Below the pieces are notes generated by a model that was not told the origin of the DNA, ran no database searches, and saw only the letters and a list, made by a program, of their open reading frames with translations. Position numbers and translations under genes: made by a program. A stretch of 64,000 nucleotides of DNA, from NCBI GenBank assembly GCA_003141315.1, contig PLLP01000006.1:86641-150640 (forward strand). Reading direction: 5' to 3'. The stretch is from Phycisphaerales bacterium (GTDB lineage Bacteria > Planctomycetota > Phycisphaerae > Sedimentisphaerales > Anaerobacaceae). Shown piece after piece: positions 16,060-26,300 of this stretch; the stretch's first letter is position 1, and each line of letters starts with the position of its first letter.

Positions 16060-17541
16060 ATGGCGAACGATAACAAACAAACTAAACAAAACAACAATCG
16101 GGAAGCAGGCGGATTGACAGCAGCCGAGCGGTACAAAATCCCTCCGCAGGATATGCCGGAGCAGGCGCCAGAGCAAAGGGCAAGGAATTTTGAGGAGGTG
16201 GCAACTGGTTTTACCGAAGAGCAGGCCCGCAAAGAGGCCTTACGGTGCCTGGGCTGTAAAAACGCACCCTGCGTGAAAGGCTGCCCCGTGCGGATTCGCA
16301 TAAAAGATTTTATCGCGGAGATAGCGCAGGGCAATTACAAGAAGTCACTGGAAATTATAAAGGAAAATTCGCTGCTGCCGGCGGTCTGCGGGAGGGTCTG
16401 CCCGCAGGAAAACCAGTGCCAAGAGCAATGCACGGTCGGAATTAAATTCAAGGATATCGCCAAGTCGGTTTCGATAGGCAGGCTGGAAAGATTCGTTGCC
16501 GACCTCGACGTGGACGACAAAGACACTCCGAAGGTCGGAGCGCCGACAGACAGGAAAGTAGCGATAATAGGTTCAGGCCCGGGCGGAATAGTTGCAGCCG
16601 CTGACACGAGGCGGGCAGGACACGACGTTACCATATTCGAGGCTTTTCACAAGCCGGGCGGCGTGATGGTTTATGGAATTCCGGAATTTAGATTGCCAAA
16701 ATCAATTGTTCAAAAAGAGATTGATACACTCACAAGGATGGGCGTCAAAATCGTCCCGAATTTCGTGGTGGGAAAGACCAGTACCATCGAACAGCTCCTG
16801 AAAGAGGACGGTTTCGATGCTGTCTATATCGGCGTCGGGGCGGGGCTGCCGAAATTTATGAATATCGAAGGCGAGTCGTTTGTCGGCGTCTACAGCGCAA
16901 ACGAATATCTTACTCGTGCAAATCTTATGAGGGCATACAAGTTCGGCGCCGGAGCCGACACGCCGATTGCCCGCTCGAAGAAAGCGGCGGTAATCGGCGG
17001 CGGAAACGTGGCGATGGACGCCGCGAGAATGGCGGTCCGGCTGGGAGCGGAAAAGGTTTATCTGATTTACCGCAGAACAGAAAAGGAAATGCCCGCCAGG
17101 GTCGAAGAGGTTCACCATGCAAAACAGGAGGGCGTGGAATTTCACCTGCTGCAGAACCCGAAGCGGATTATCGGGGATGAAAACTGCCGCGTAAAGGCAA
17201 TCGAATGCTTAAGATACAAGCTTGGCGAACCTGACGCATCCGGCAGGCAGAGGCCGGTTGCAATTGCCGGCTCTGAATTCCAAATCGAAGTGGACTGCGT
17301 AATCGTCGCCGTCGGCAATATTCCGAATCCGCTGATTCAGCAGACCTCGCCGGAGTTGAAATTCAATGAGGAAGGCTGCATAATAGTCGATGAAAAAGGC
17401 CGGACGTCTATGGAGGCTGTCTACGCAGGCGGGGACATCGTAACGGGTGCCGCCACAGTTATCCAGGCGATGGGTCAGGGCAGAACCGCCGCCCAATCCA
17501 TAAACGAATACCTGCAGCAAAAAACAAAAATCCGCAGTTAA
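16060..17541 (+). CDS. NfnB / glutamate synthase small-subunit-like NADPH-dependent oxidoreductase
   Basis: CLGCKNAPCVKGCPV and CGRVCPQENQCQEQC Fe-S motifs; IIGSGPGG and VIGGGNVAMD dinucleotide folds; YAGGD. Confidence 0.9.
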   Translation: MANDNKQTKQNNNREAGGLTAAERYKIPPQDMPEQAPEQRARNFEEVATGFTEEQARKEALRCLGCKNAPCVKGCPVRIRIKDFIAEIAQGNYKKSLEIIKENSLLPAVCGRVCPQENQCQEQCTVGIKFKDIAKSVSIGRLERFVADLDVDDKDTPKVGAPTDRKVAIIGSGPGGIVAAADTRRAGHDVTIFEAFHKPGGVMVYGIPEFRLPKSIVQKEIDTLTRMGVKIVPNFVVGKTSTIEQLLKEDGFDAVYIGVGAGLPKFMNIEGESFVGVYSANEYLTRANLMRAYKFGAGADTPIARSKKAAVIGGGNVAMDAARMAVRLGAEKVYLIYRRTEKEMPARVEEVHHAKQEGVEFHLLQNPKRIIGDENCRVKAIECLRYKLGEPDASGRQRPVAIAGSEFQIEVDCVIVAVGNIPNPLIQQTSPELKFNEEGCIIVDEKGRTSMEAVYAGGDIVTGAATVIQAMGQGRTAAQSINEYLQQKTKIRS

Positions 17542-17603
17542 AAAACTGACCTTGCAAGAAAGTTTCAGCCGATAACCTGATGATTACGGGCCATTTTTCG
17601 GAT

Positions 17604-17618
17604 TTGACAATCTGTCAA
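17604..17618. promoter_or_regulatory. Perfect inverted repeat TTGACAatcTGTCAA upstream of the DUF1015 gene; candidate operator overlapping a -35 box
   Basis: Palindrome read directly. It lies about 95 nt upstream of the ATG at 17711. Confidence 0.3.
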
Positions 17619-17710
17619 TTTTTTAGTAGCATATTTCGCTCGTTAAGTTTGACAAAAAGAAGCCGCAAACGTTTTGGCAGCTGACAGGCAGCGGAAGGTT
17701 CGGTGTTTAG

Positions 17711-19021
17711 ATGGAAATTAAGCCGTTCAAAGCATATAGATTTAATGCTGGGGTGACAGGCAATGCCGGCGATTGTATCGCCCCGCCTTACGATGTTATC
17801 GACGCCGGCCTGCAGGAAAAACTCTATAGCAAAAACGAATACAACATCGTACGAATAACCAAAGGGAAAACAGAACAATCCGATAATGAAAAGAATAACC
17901 AATACACCAGGGCGGCAAAATACCTCAACGAATGGCTGGCAAAAGGCGTATTAAAACAGGATTCGAAGGAAGCTATTTACGCATACATTCAGAGTTTCCA
18001 GCTCGGTGGCAGGAAATTCAAAAGAGGGACGTTTATCGCACTCGGCAAACTCGAAGAATTCGGCGGCTCGGTAAAGGCGCACGAAAATACCCTGAGCGGC
18101 CCGAAGGCAGACAGGCTGAACCTGCAAAGGGCGACCGCAGCCCAGTTCGGGCTGATTTTTATGTTATACGAAGACACAAAAAAGGTCGCGGATAAACTGA
18201 TAGAAAAGGCTTCCGCCGGCAAGGCTGTAGTCGAATTTACAGATGAGGACGAAGTTAAACACCAGTTGTTTGAGATTATCGACAAGGCCGACGTCGAGAC
18301 AATCTGCAAGATGATGTCGGAAAAAAGCTGCGTTATCGCAGACGGGCATCATCGATACGCAACGTCGTTGAATTATTATAACGAGACAAAAAATCCCAAC
18401 GCAGCATACCAGATTATGGCCTTCGCGAATATTCTCAACGAGGGGATGATAATCCTCGCAACGCACAGGCTCGTCTATGGTTTAAAAGGTTTCTCGACAG
18501 AAAAACTGCTCGGCGGTTTGAAGGCGAGCTTCGATATTACAGAATACAAATTCGATACCGACAAGGCAAAACAGCAGGCAAAGAAAAAGATGCTCGAACA
18601 GATGAAGAAGGCTTCAGAAGATAATAAAAATGCCTACGGGATATACACGGGGGACGGGGCTTTCAGGGTTGCGACTCTGAAGGATAGCAGCGTTATGGAT
18701 AAATCGCTTGCTGATAAAAGCAAGGCATACCGCCGGCTCGACGTGGCAGTATTGCACAGACTTATTCTCGAAGATCTGCTGGGAATCGGCGAAAAGGAAC
18801 TGGCGGCAAAGACCAATCTCGAATATGTGAAGGATACGCCCAACGCGGTCGATAATACAATCGGCAGGGTCGATGCCGGTCAGATTCAGGCGGCGTTTTT
18901 TGCCAATCCTGAAAAAATGAAAATGATACAAATGGTGGCGGATGCGGGCGAAAGGATGCCGCAGAAATCCACCTTCTTCTTTCCGAAAGTGTTTTCCGGA
19001 CTTACAATTTACAAAATGTAA
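17711..19021 (+). CDS. DUF1015 domain-containing protein
   Basis: MEIKPFKAYRFN start, PPYDVI, ADGHHRYAT and PQKSTFFFPK motifs characteristic of DUF1015. Confidence 0.85.
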   Translation: MEIKPFKAYRFNAGVTGNAGDCIAPPYDVIDAGLQEKLYSKNEYNIVRITKGKTEQSDNEKNNQYTRAAKYLNEWLAKGVLKQDSKEAIYAYIQSFQLGGRKFKRGTFIALGKLEEFGGSVKAHENTLSGPKADRLNLQRATAAQFGLIFMLYEDTKKVADKLIEKASAGKAVVEFTDEDEVKHQLFEIIDKADVETICKMMSEKSCVIADGHHRYATSLNYYNETKNPNAAYQIMAFANILNEGMIILATHRLVYGLKGFSTEKLLGGLKASFDITEYKFDTDKAKQQAKKKMLEQMKKASEDNKNAYGIYTGDGAFRVATLKDSSVMDKSLADKSKAYRRLDVAVLHRLILEDLLGIGEKELAAKTNLEYVKDTPNAVDNTIGRVDAGQIQAAFFANPEKMKMIQMVADAGERMPQKSTFFFPKVFSGLTIYKM

Positions 19022-19042
19022 CTTTTTTACAGGAGTAATAAA

Positions 19043-20131
19043 ATGGCAGACTGGAGAAATCCGCCGAAACTGTACATACCTGGACCGATTCAGGTTCCAG
19101 ACGATGTTTTAAAAGAATTGTCGAGGCCGGTTCTTGGCCATCGCGGCAAGGAATACGCACAACTTCAGGCCGAGACGGTCGATATGCTGAAAAAAGTTCT
19201 GTTCACGAATCAAAACGTTTTCTTGTCAACATCGTCGGCGTCGGGTATCTGGGAAGCGGCGATTCGCAACTGCGTCGCGCCGGATGAGACGGTGCTTTCA
19301 ACCTGCTGCGGCGCGTTCAGCGACAAATGGGCAGAGGTGGTGACGATGTGCGGCAGAAAAGTCGAGACGCTGAAGGTTGACTGGGGCAAACCCATAACGG
19401 CAGAAATGCTCGATGCGAAACTTGCGGCCGGCAAATACGCAGCCGTCACTTTGGTGCATAACGAGACAAGCACAGGCGTTATGAACCCGATAGAAGATAT
19501 TTCCAAAATGATGCAGAAAAAATACCCGAACGTGCTGGTCTTTGTAGATTCGGTGAGCGGTATGATTGGCCTACCGGTAAAGTTTGACGAGTGGGGCTGG
19601 GACGTTGGCTTTGCATCCGTGCAGAAGTGTTTCGGGCTGCCGCCGGGGTTTGCCGTTGCTGCCGTGAGCAAAAGGGCACTTGAAAAAAGCAAGACGGTTC
19701 CGTTCCGCGGCTACTATTTCAATTTCGAGGAATGGGCGAAGGCTGCCGAGAAAAATCAGACGCTCGTCACGCCAAGCGAGCCGCATATTTACGGACTGCA
19801 TTACCAGTGCACCAAACTCCTGAAAGAGGGAATGGAAAACGTCTGGGCAAGGCATAAAAAGATGGCGGACTTCGTACGAGGCTGGGCGAAGAAAAGATTC
19901 GGATTGTTCTGCGAGGAAAAATACGCATCGAACACACTTACCACCATTAAAAATACCCGCAACATCAACGTCGCGGAAGTAATCGCAGCGGTTCAGAAAA
20001 ATCATAACGTGGTGTTCGGCAACGGCTATAAGAAATTGAAAGAAGCGACCTTCCGGATTGCACACATGGGCGATATTTCGCTCGATGACATGAAAAAGCT
20101 TACGAGCTGGATTGACGAAGTAGTCGGTTAA
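19043..20131 (+). CDS. Class V aminotransferase (serine-pyruvate/phosphoserine aminotransferase-like)
   Basis: IPGP start, HNETSTGV, DSVSG, SVQKCFGLPPG (PLP lysine) and FRIAHMG. Confidence 0.88.
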   Translation: MADWRNPPKLYIPGPIQVPDDVLKELSRPVLGHRGKEYAQLQAETVDMLKKVLFTNQNVFLSTSSASGIWEAAIRNCVAPDETVLSTCCGAFSDKWAEVVTMCGRKVETLKVDWGKPITAEMLDAKLAAGKYAAVTLVHNETSTGVMNPIEDISKMMQKKYPNVLVFVDSVSGMIGLPVKFDEWGWDVGFASVQKCFGLPPGFAVAAVSKRALEKSKTVPFRGYYFNFEEWAKAAEKNQTLVTPSEPHIYGLHYQCTKLLKEGMENVWARHKKMADFVRGWAKKRFGLFCEEKYASNTLTTIKNTRNINVAEVIAAVQKNHNVVFGNGYKKLKEATFRIAHMGDISLDDMKKLTSWIDEVVG

Positions 20132-20174
20132 TAGGCCGATAGAGGGTTAAATTCCCGATTGTAGCGATAATTCA

Positions 20175-20207
20175 AGCGAGTCCTGAAAAACGGGCTCGCT
20201 TTTTTTT
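20175..20207 (+). terminator. Rho-independent terminator
   Basis: 9-bp stem agcgagtcc/gggctcgct followed by T7. Confidence 0.6.
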
Positions 20208-20281
20208 ATTTAATTTTGCCGGAAACAGCCGGCTTGTAAAGGTTGACTAATCGATGGTTTTTTAATAGAATTCTGCTTATC

Positions 20282-20353
20282 GCCAACGTAGCTCAATGGT
20301 AGAGCTCCGGTTTTGTAAACCGGGGGTTATCGGTTCGAATCCGATCGTTGGCT
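20282..20353 (+). tRNA. tRNA-Thr (anticodon TGT)
   Basis: Manual cloverleaf: acceptor gccaacg/cgttggc; D arm gctc-aatggta-gagc; anticodon arm ccggt-ttTGTaa-accgg; T arm atcgg-ttcgaat-ccgat. 72 nt, no encoded CCA. Confidence 0.9.
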
Positions 20354-20391
20354 TTTCGATTTGACTTTTCTAACTCGTAAAATCGCGTATT

Positions 20392-20424
20392 AAAAAAGGC
20401 CGTGTGCATAGAGATGCACACGAC
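20392..20424 (-). terminator. Rho-independent terminator for the minus-strand secreted-protein gene
   Basis: Stem cgtgtgcat/atgcacacg, followed on the minus strand by T6. Confidence 0.5.
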
Positions 20425-20461
20425 CTGAAAATGCTGCAGATGAATCCTACTTTTTATGCGA

Positions 20462-20824
20462 CTATTTCTTTGCTTTTAAGGGGGCTGCGCTATACTCCGT
20501 GATTGTCAACCACTCTGCGCCTGCTTTCTCTGACAGCATGCCCTTGACATCCACTCTCTTTCCAGCCATTTTCTGACCCAGCTCTTTTCCCTTTTCATCG
20601 AGGGCGATATGGTATGTGTGCTTGATTTTTTGGCCAACCTTTAAATCCACCGTATTGATGTCGCCGACTTTGTCTTTGGCTACTTCAACTATTCCTATGT
20701 AGCTCTTAGGTTTTGTCTTTGAGGATTCATTGGCGTCGCCGGTTTTTTTTGCATAGGCAGCACCTGCAAGAACTCCTGATACCAATAACACTGTGACTGC
20801 TGTTTTCAAAAACTTACTTCTCAT
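20462..20824 (-). CDS. Small secreted hypothetical protein
   Basis: Signal peptide MRSKFLKTAVTVLLVSGVLAGAAYA and an upstream AGGAGAAACC RBS-like sequence. No family recognised. Confidence 0.6.
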   Translation of the reverse strand: MRSKFLKTAVTVLLVSGVLAGAAYAKKTGDANESSKTKPKSYIGIVEVAKDKVGDINTVDLKVGQKIKHTYHIALDEKGKELGQKMAGKRVDVKGMLSEKAGAEWLTITEYSAAPLKAKK

Positions 20825-21093
20825 TTTTGGTTTCTCCTTAATAAATAACTTCTGATTTATATAATTATCGGCATTCCCGGCCTTTTAACATAAGTCCCCG
20901 TGGAAAACCTTATTTAAGAAACACTGTTTTTGATTATGCAAAGTTAATCGTATCCATTACGCCGGCCTCCTCTGCGACAGTCGCAGTCTCGATTGCAATC
21001 AGGTATGCCGGGTGCACATCACATTACACAGCGAGAGACAATGGACGAGTTAATCCTTTGCGGACGGTTTGCTTTGCAGTAGAATAGCACGCG

Positions 21094-21591
21094 ATGGAAA
21101 ACGATTTGAAAAATACCATTAGGCCGACTCAGACGCGATTTAGCTTCGGCACCACCTCGGCCATCATCACCAATCTGGGCATTATCACAGGCCTCGATAC
21201 GCTGGCGCATCCAAAATTAAGCATCATCGGCGCACTTTTGGTCATCGCACTGGCCGACAATATATCCGATTCTTTCGGCATCCATATCTATCAAGAGTCG
21301 GAGCACCTCAGCAAAAAAGAAGTCTGGCTCTCCACGCTGACCAACTTCTTCGCGCGACTGTTTGTTTCATCGACCTTCATCATTCTGATAATTCTGCTGC
21401 CCGTTAAGATTGCGGCTGCCTGCTCAGTAATCTGGGGGTTGTTGATATTAATCATTATGACTTACACAATAGCAAGACAGAGAAAAATGAGTCCTTATTC
21501 TGCAATTCTTATTCACACTATCGTTGCAGCTCTAGTCGTCGCAGCGAGCCACTTCATCGGAGCATTCCTAATCGCACGGTTCCAGGGCTGA
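21094..21591 (+). CDS. Integral membrane protein, possibly VIT1/CCC1-like
   Basis: Four to five hydrophobic segments. FGTTSAIITNLGIITGL and ALADNISDSFG resemble short VIT-family proteins. The assignment is weak. Confidence 0.45.
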   Translation: MENDLKNTIRPTQTRFSFGTTSAIITNLGIITGLDTLAHPKLSIIGALLVIALADNISDSFGIHIYQESEHLSKKEVWLSTLTNFFARLFVSSTFIILIILLPVKIAAACSVIWGLLILIIMTYTIARQRKMSPYSAILIHTIVAALVVAASHFIGAFLIARFQG

Positions 21592-21739
21592 AAAATCTTC
21601 ACGGTGCTTTAACCTGTTTGGTTCTCTCTGAATAAATACCTTGATTTGCCGGTGCGTTATCCTATTATGTTCGTCCAACCCGGCAAATATTTTTTATACA
21701 GTATCCTCTTGTGAGGATAAATTACATTAAGGAGATTAT

Positions 21740-22159
21740 GTGGAAACCAGTGGTTCATTTCTGCATCGGCAGCGAAAGGTGATATTATTTATTTTAATCC
21801 TGATGTGGACAGGGGCTTTCGCAGCTACGCACATTCCCGCCAGATACATTCCCAGCCAGATTGCCGGTCTTGGAGATATTGTCCTTCACGGAATCGGATT
21901 TTTGGGGTTAAGCAGCTGGTTAATCCTGACAATGGCGGCATTCGGCGTAAAGCCGGTAAAACGCATACTTTTTGTTCTATTGGTCATGATGATATATGGA
22001 GCCCTCGATGAATACACGCAGCAGTTTTTTGGCCGGTCAACCGAACTAAAGGACTGGCTCACCGATACGACGGCGACTGTGGTATCGCTGATATTGTGGG
22101 AAACCATTTTGTTTTTGGCACAGAGAATAACTCGAACAAAGGTTTCGCAAAACAAGTGA
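21740..22159 (+). CDS. VanZ-like family membrane protein
   Basis: Four TM segments and the DEYTQQFFGRSTELKDWLTDTTA motif, typical of VanZ. Confidence 0.7.
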   Translation: METSGSFLHRQRKVILFILILMWTGAFAATHIPARYIPSQIAGLGDIVLHGIGFLGLSSWLILTMAAFGVKPVKRILFVLLVMMIYGALDEYTQQFFGRSTELKDWLTDTTATVVSLILWETILFLAQRITRTKVSQNK

Positions 22160-22585
22160 ATCTTTGGCTCTTTTCCGGACTACTACGCCCAATTATGTGA
22201 CCGAAACCATCGAATTCAAGAGGTTTCCTTCTCCAATAGGAAACCTCTCGCAACTCTCTCTTAACCAAATGTCTCAAACTGTGTCACTTCCGTTAACGTC
22301 AGACAGTTATAATACTAACTCTATTTAAGCATGAGTATAAATGCTATTATCGGACTCCGATTTACAGTGAGTGGTAAAGTCTGTATAAATTTTTAAAATA
22401 ATCGAACATTATGGGAAATGGATTTACCTTTGAGCTCTTTCCTCCGACAATCATAGTAGAAGCAAATAGTCCCCTCGATTTGCTTTGGCCTGGCATTTCT
22501 GCAAAAAACGCTAAAAAAGCAGGAAAAGCTGACTTGTGCAGGCCTGCGGCAAGACGTTTATATTCAGGGGCAAGGAGATAGAATT

Positions 22586-22807
22586 ATGGCAATCAGCAGC
22601 AGCATTAATGCAGTTTCAAATTCACAGAGTGCGGCGGCGGCAGCCCTGCAAGAGGCCAGCGAAACCACTGCGACCACGATAAAGGAAGCTTTACACGGTG
22701 ACCAGCAGGCAATCCGAAAACTCGCGAAACAACAACAGCAGGAAATGCAGCCTCCAATTCGAACACCAGAGCCAGGCGTTGGCAAAGCAATTGACTATAA
22801 AGGCTGA
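22586..22807 (+). CDS. Small protein (73 aa), possibly YjfB-like 'putative motility protein'
   Basis: Strong AAGGAGA RBS 7 nt upstream and its own terminator. The pattern of an N-terminal Ser/Ala-rich helix, Gln-rich middle and C-terminal GxxIDxKG resembles the YjfB family. Confidence 0.45.
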   Translation: MAISSSINAVSNSQSAAAAALQEASETTATTIKEALHGDQQAIRKLAKQQQQEMQPPIRTPEPGVGKAIDYKG

Positions 22808-22832
22808 CCCTGTTATAACAGGAATTTACTAA

Positions 22833-22864
22833 AGCCCGTAAACATAAAATTTACGGGCTTTTTA
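22833..22864 (+). terminator. Rho-independent terminator
   Basis: Stem agcccgtaa/ttacgggct followed by T4-5. Confidence 0.55.
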
Positions 22865-23127
22865 ATTTCTCTTTTGTGCGTTGTCAACCAAAATAGGCCT
22901 CTTTACTGTCTCGTTTAGACTAACGATTTCCTCGATTAATTCTTCTTCGACGCCAAAAATGCGCGCTCACTAAATATGGAACAAACATCGGTTTTTATCT
23001 ACCCCTTAAAACTTAAAACTATTAAGCTGAAATGCCAAAATTGAGGAAGGCAAAGACCCATAAAACCTGCTAAAATAAGGAATTGCGCAAGGTTAGGGCA
23101 GAAAATGCCCCATAAAAACGAAAAATA

Positions 23128-23156
23128 TTTGAAACAAAACGCAAAATAGCGTAATA
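23128..23156 (+). promoter_or_regulatory. Candidate sigma70 promoter for the LamG/dockerin gene
   Basis: TTGAAA, 17-nt spacer, TAATAT. This would leave a 5' UTR of about 165 nt. Confidence 0.35.
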
Positions 23157-23327
23157 TATAGAGGGGGAAGCAGGCTTTCAGAAAGGAGTAAAGGGTATAG
23201 CAAGTTAATTCGCTTTCCGCCTCCGGCATTTACACCCAAAAGGGGCGGGCAATAGAAGTTAAGGTATTTTTATATAAATTCTCTGGTTGGATTTTTGTTT
23301 TAAAATTCTTCGATGGAAGGGTGAAAA

Positions 23328-26300
23328 ATGATTAAGAAGCCTGGCATTATCGTTATCGTAATTTTGGCTCTTGCATGCAGTTATGCACAAGCGGTAAATC
23401 CTGTCGGTTGGTGGAAATTCGATGAGGCATCTGGAACGACCGCTTATGATTCAGCCAGCCCTGCGCACAATGGAACGGTTAACGGCGGAGCGACACTCAA
23501 CGGCAGCGGAATTCTTACACTCGATGGCACCGATGATTATGTAAGTCTGCCGATCGGCTCGGTGATAAACTCGCTTACCAGCTGCACTATAACAGTATGG
23601 ATTAATTCCTCCAATGTGAGCACCCAGTGGCAGCGGATTTTCGATTTCGGGACGGGGCAAACAAAAAATATGTTCCTTACGCCGCAAGCAGGCACCGGAA
23701 CAATGCGATTTGCAATTACCACTGCAGGCGGGGGCAGCGAACAGCAGCTTACTTCCGCGAGCGCATTACCATCGGGTGCGCATCTGATTGTGGTGCGAAT
23801 CAACGGTTCTACAGACGTAGGCACGATGTTTCTCGACGGCACTATCGTCGCTACGAACAATAGTATGACACTTGCGCCATCGAATCTTGGCAGCACTACC
23901 AATAACTGGCTGGGCAGAAGCCAATACCCCGACCCGTATTTCAACGGCTCTTATAACGAGTTGCGGATTTATAATTACGCAATGACTGATGCCGAAGTAA
24001 TGGCGTTAAGTCAAAAATTGACGGCAACGATTCCGAATCCTGTGAGCGGGGCAACCGTGCCTCGAAATACGGACCTTAGCTGGCTGCCTGGCACAAATGC
24101 TGCTTCGCACGATGTCTATTTCGGCACCGATCAAACACAGGTGACTAATGCTACCCGCACAAGCCATACCGGCGTTACCTACACAAACGTTGACGTGAAC
24201 AGCTACGACCCGGGCATTTTAAATTTCACTCAGACCTATTACTGGCGAATTGACGAGGTTAATGGCTCCAATATTTGGAAAGGTACAGTCTGGAATTTTA
24301 CCACCGACGGGAATATTAACCTTGAGAATGACTTCTTTAACATCAAAATGGATATCGTACACGACGGTATTACGATGTTAAAGAAAGTCAATGACAGTTT
24401 CGACACTGATTTCGTATTGAGTCCTGCTGATTATACTGCTTATGGCGTTACAGACCCGGGTTGGCTGCTCGGCGACATTATAAGCAAATACAGAGTCAAC
24501 GGCGGAGGCTGGCTAACGGCAAAAACGCAAGTTTCCACGGATAACAGGGTTGTGGCAGTAGATGACGCAAATAAAACGGTGACGTTTTCGTATTTGACAA
24601 ATTCATCGATTACCGGCGGAATTAAAAACTTCCAGCTTACGCAGGTCTGGCATCTCGACGGCAACAACCTGTCTTTGGATATGAAAATCAAGAACACCAG
24701 CGGGGGCAATTTGGAATTCGGCGACCTGGCGTTTCCTATGCCATTTGACACAATTTATTCAGGCTCAACAGCTGATATTCAATCCAAGCACGTGATGAGG
24801 CACGAACTTATCGCCGGTTACGGCTCTTATATGCTCTGGATGAAGGTCAACGGCCTCGGGCCTTATCTTGTTATGACTCCAACCGGTGAAACCAAGCTGG
24901 AATACTACGAGGTTGACGATGGCAACGGCAAATTCCTGCCTTATATGTATTCATCCGTGGCAGGTCCTGCGGTTTCAGGCACATGGCGTCAGCCTTATAC
25001 CAGCAAGGTTCTCTCTGCGGGTGGGGAGCTTAATTTCGGATATAAATTCCGCTGGGCAGATAATTACAAGGAAGCAAGCGATGTTCTTTATGACTGCAAT
25101 GTTTTTGATATCGAAGTCCTGCCCGGTATGACGATTCCGCAGGATTTGCATGCGATGATTAAGCTTCGAACGAAAAAGGCGCTGGATGCAAATTCGCTAA
25201 CCGCTGAATATCCCGCACAAACAGTAATTACTTATGCCGGCAATCCTCAGACGGATATATATTTATACAAGGTTCAGTTTAACCGGCTTGGTGAAAATCT
25301 TATAACAATAAACCACGACAGCGGCCAAAAGACATACCTCGAATTTTTCTCGACACAGGACCTCGAAACCTTAATCAAAAAGCGTGCCAGTCACTTAGTC
25401 AATTATCAGCAGGTTAAAAACCCGGCCAAGTGGTATGATGGTCTTGTCGGCCTCTGGGATATGCGAACTGCCGTGCTGCGCACGCCTGACAATACCGGTG
25501 GTTTGACTTATCATATTGCTTCTGATGACCCTGGTCTTTGTCATGTTCCCTACATCGCATCGAAAAACGTCACCTATCCTGACCAGAATGAAATTAATGC
25601 CTGTGAATACTACATACAGCACTTTGTCTGGGGCGGCCTACAGCAAACCACTACAGAGGCGTATCCTTACGGAATTTACACCATACCCAATTGGTATCAG
25701 CACCGTGTTACTAATCCTTGCCCAACTTGCATTGGCCGTATATTTGATTACCCGCATATAGCAAATTTATATTATTGTATGTATAAAATCGCCAAAAATT
25801 ATCCGGATATGGTTCACTACCTTAATAAGGACGGTTATCTCGAGCGGGCATACCAGACGGCACTGGCTAACTATACCTTACCTTATGCCATCAACGGTGC
25901 GACCTGGCAGTGGGAAACAGGCACGATGGATGAAGTAATTTATCCTGAACTGATAAGGTCGATGCACGAGGAAGGCTGGGACGCGAACGCTGTTAACCTC
26001 GAAAATCAGTTAGACAAAAAAATTAAATACTATGTATATGATAATCCTTATCCGTATGGTTCGGAGTATTCGATTGATTCGACGGCTTTTGAAAGCACAC
26101 AGGCCCTTGCGAAGTGGGCTTTGGAAGACCATCCTTTGACGCCTGACTCAGACCATCCGAACGTAAGTCAGCAGGATGTAAGAGATTTTATGGACAGGCA
26201 GATGTATGCGAATATCTCAGTTCGCGGATGGATTGAACCTGCGTTTTATCATCTCGGCAGTGACTACCGCAGCAGCCCTGACTATTACATATTAACTTAT

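Noticed and set aside
23160-23327. Possible riboswitch, for example c-di-GMP class, in the 165-nt leader of the LamG/dockerin gene
   Set aside because: I could not identify any class-defining conserved nucleotides. The leader contains one of the dispersed CCGCC hairpin fragments. An Infernal scan is needed before any claim.
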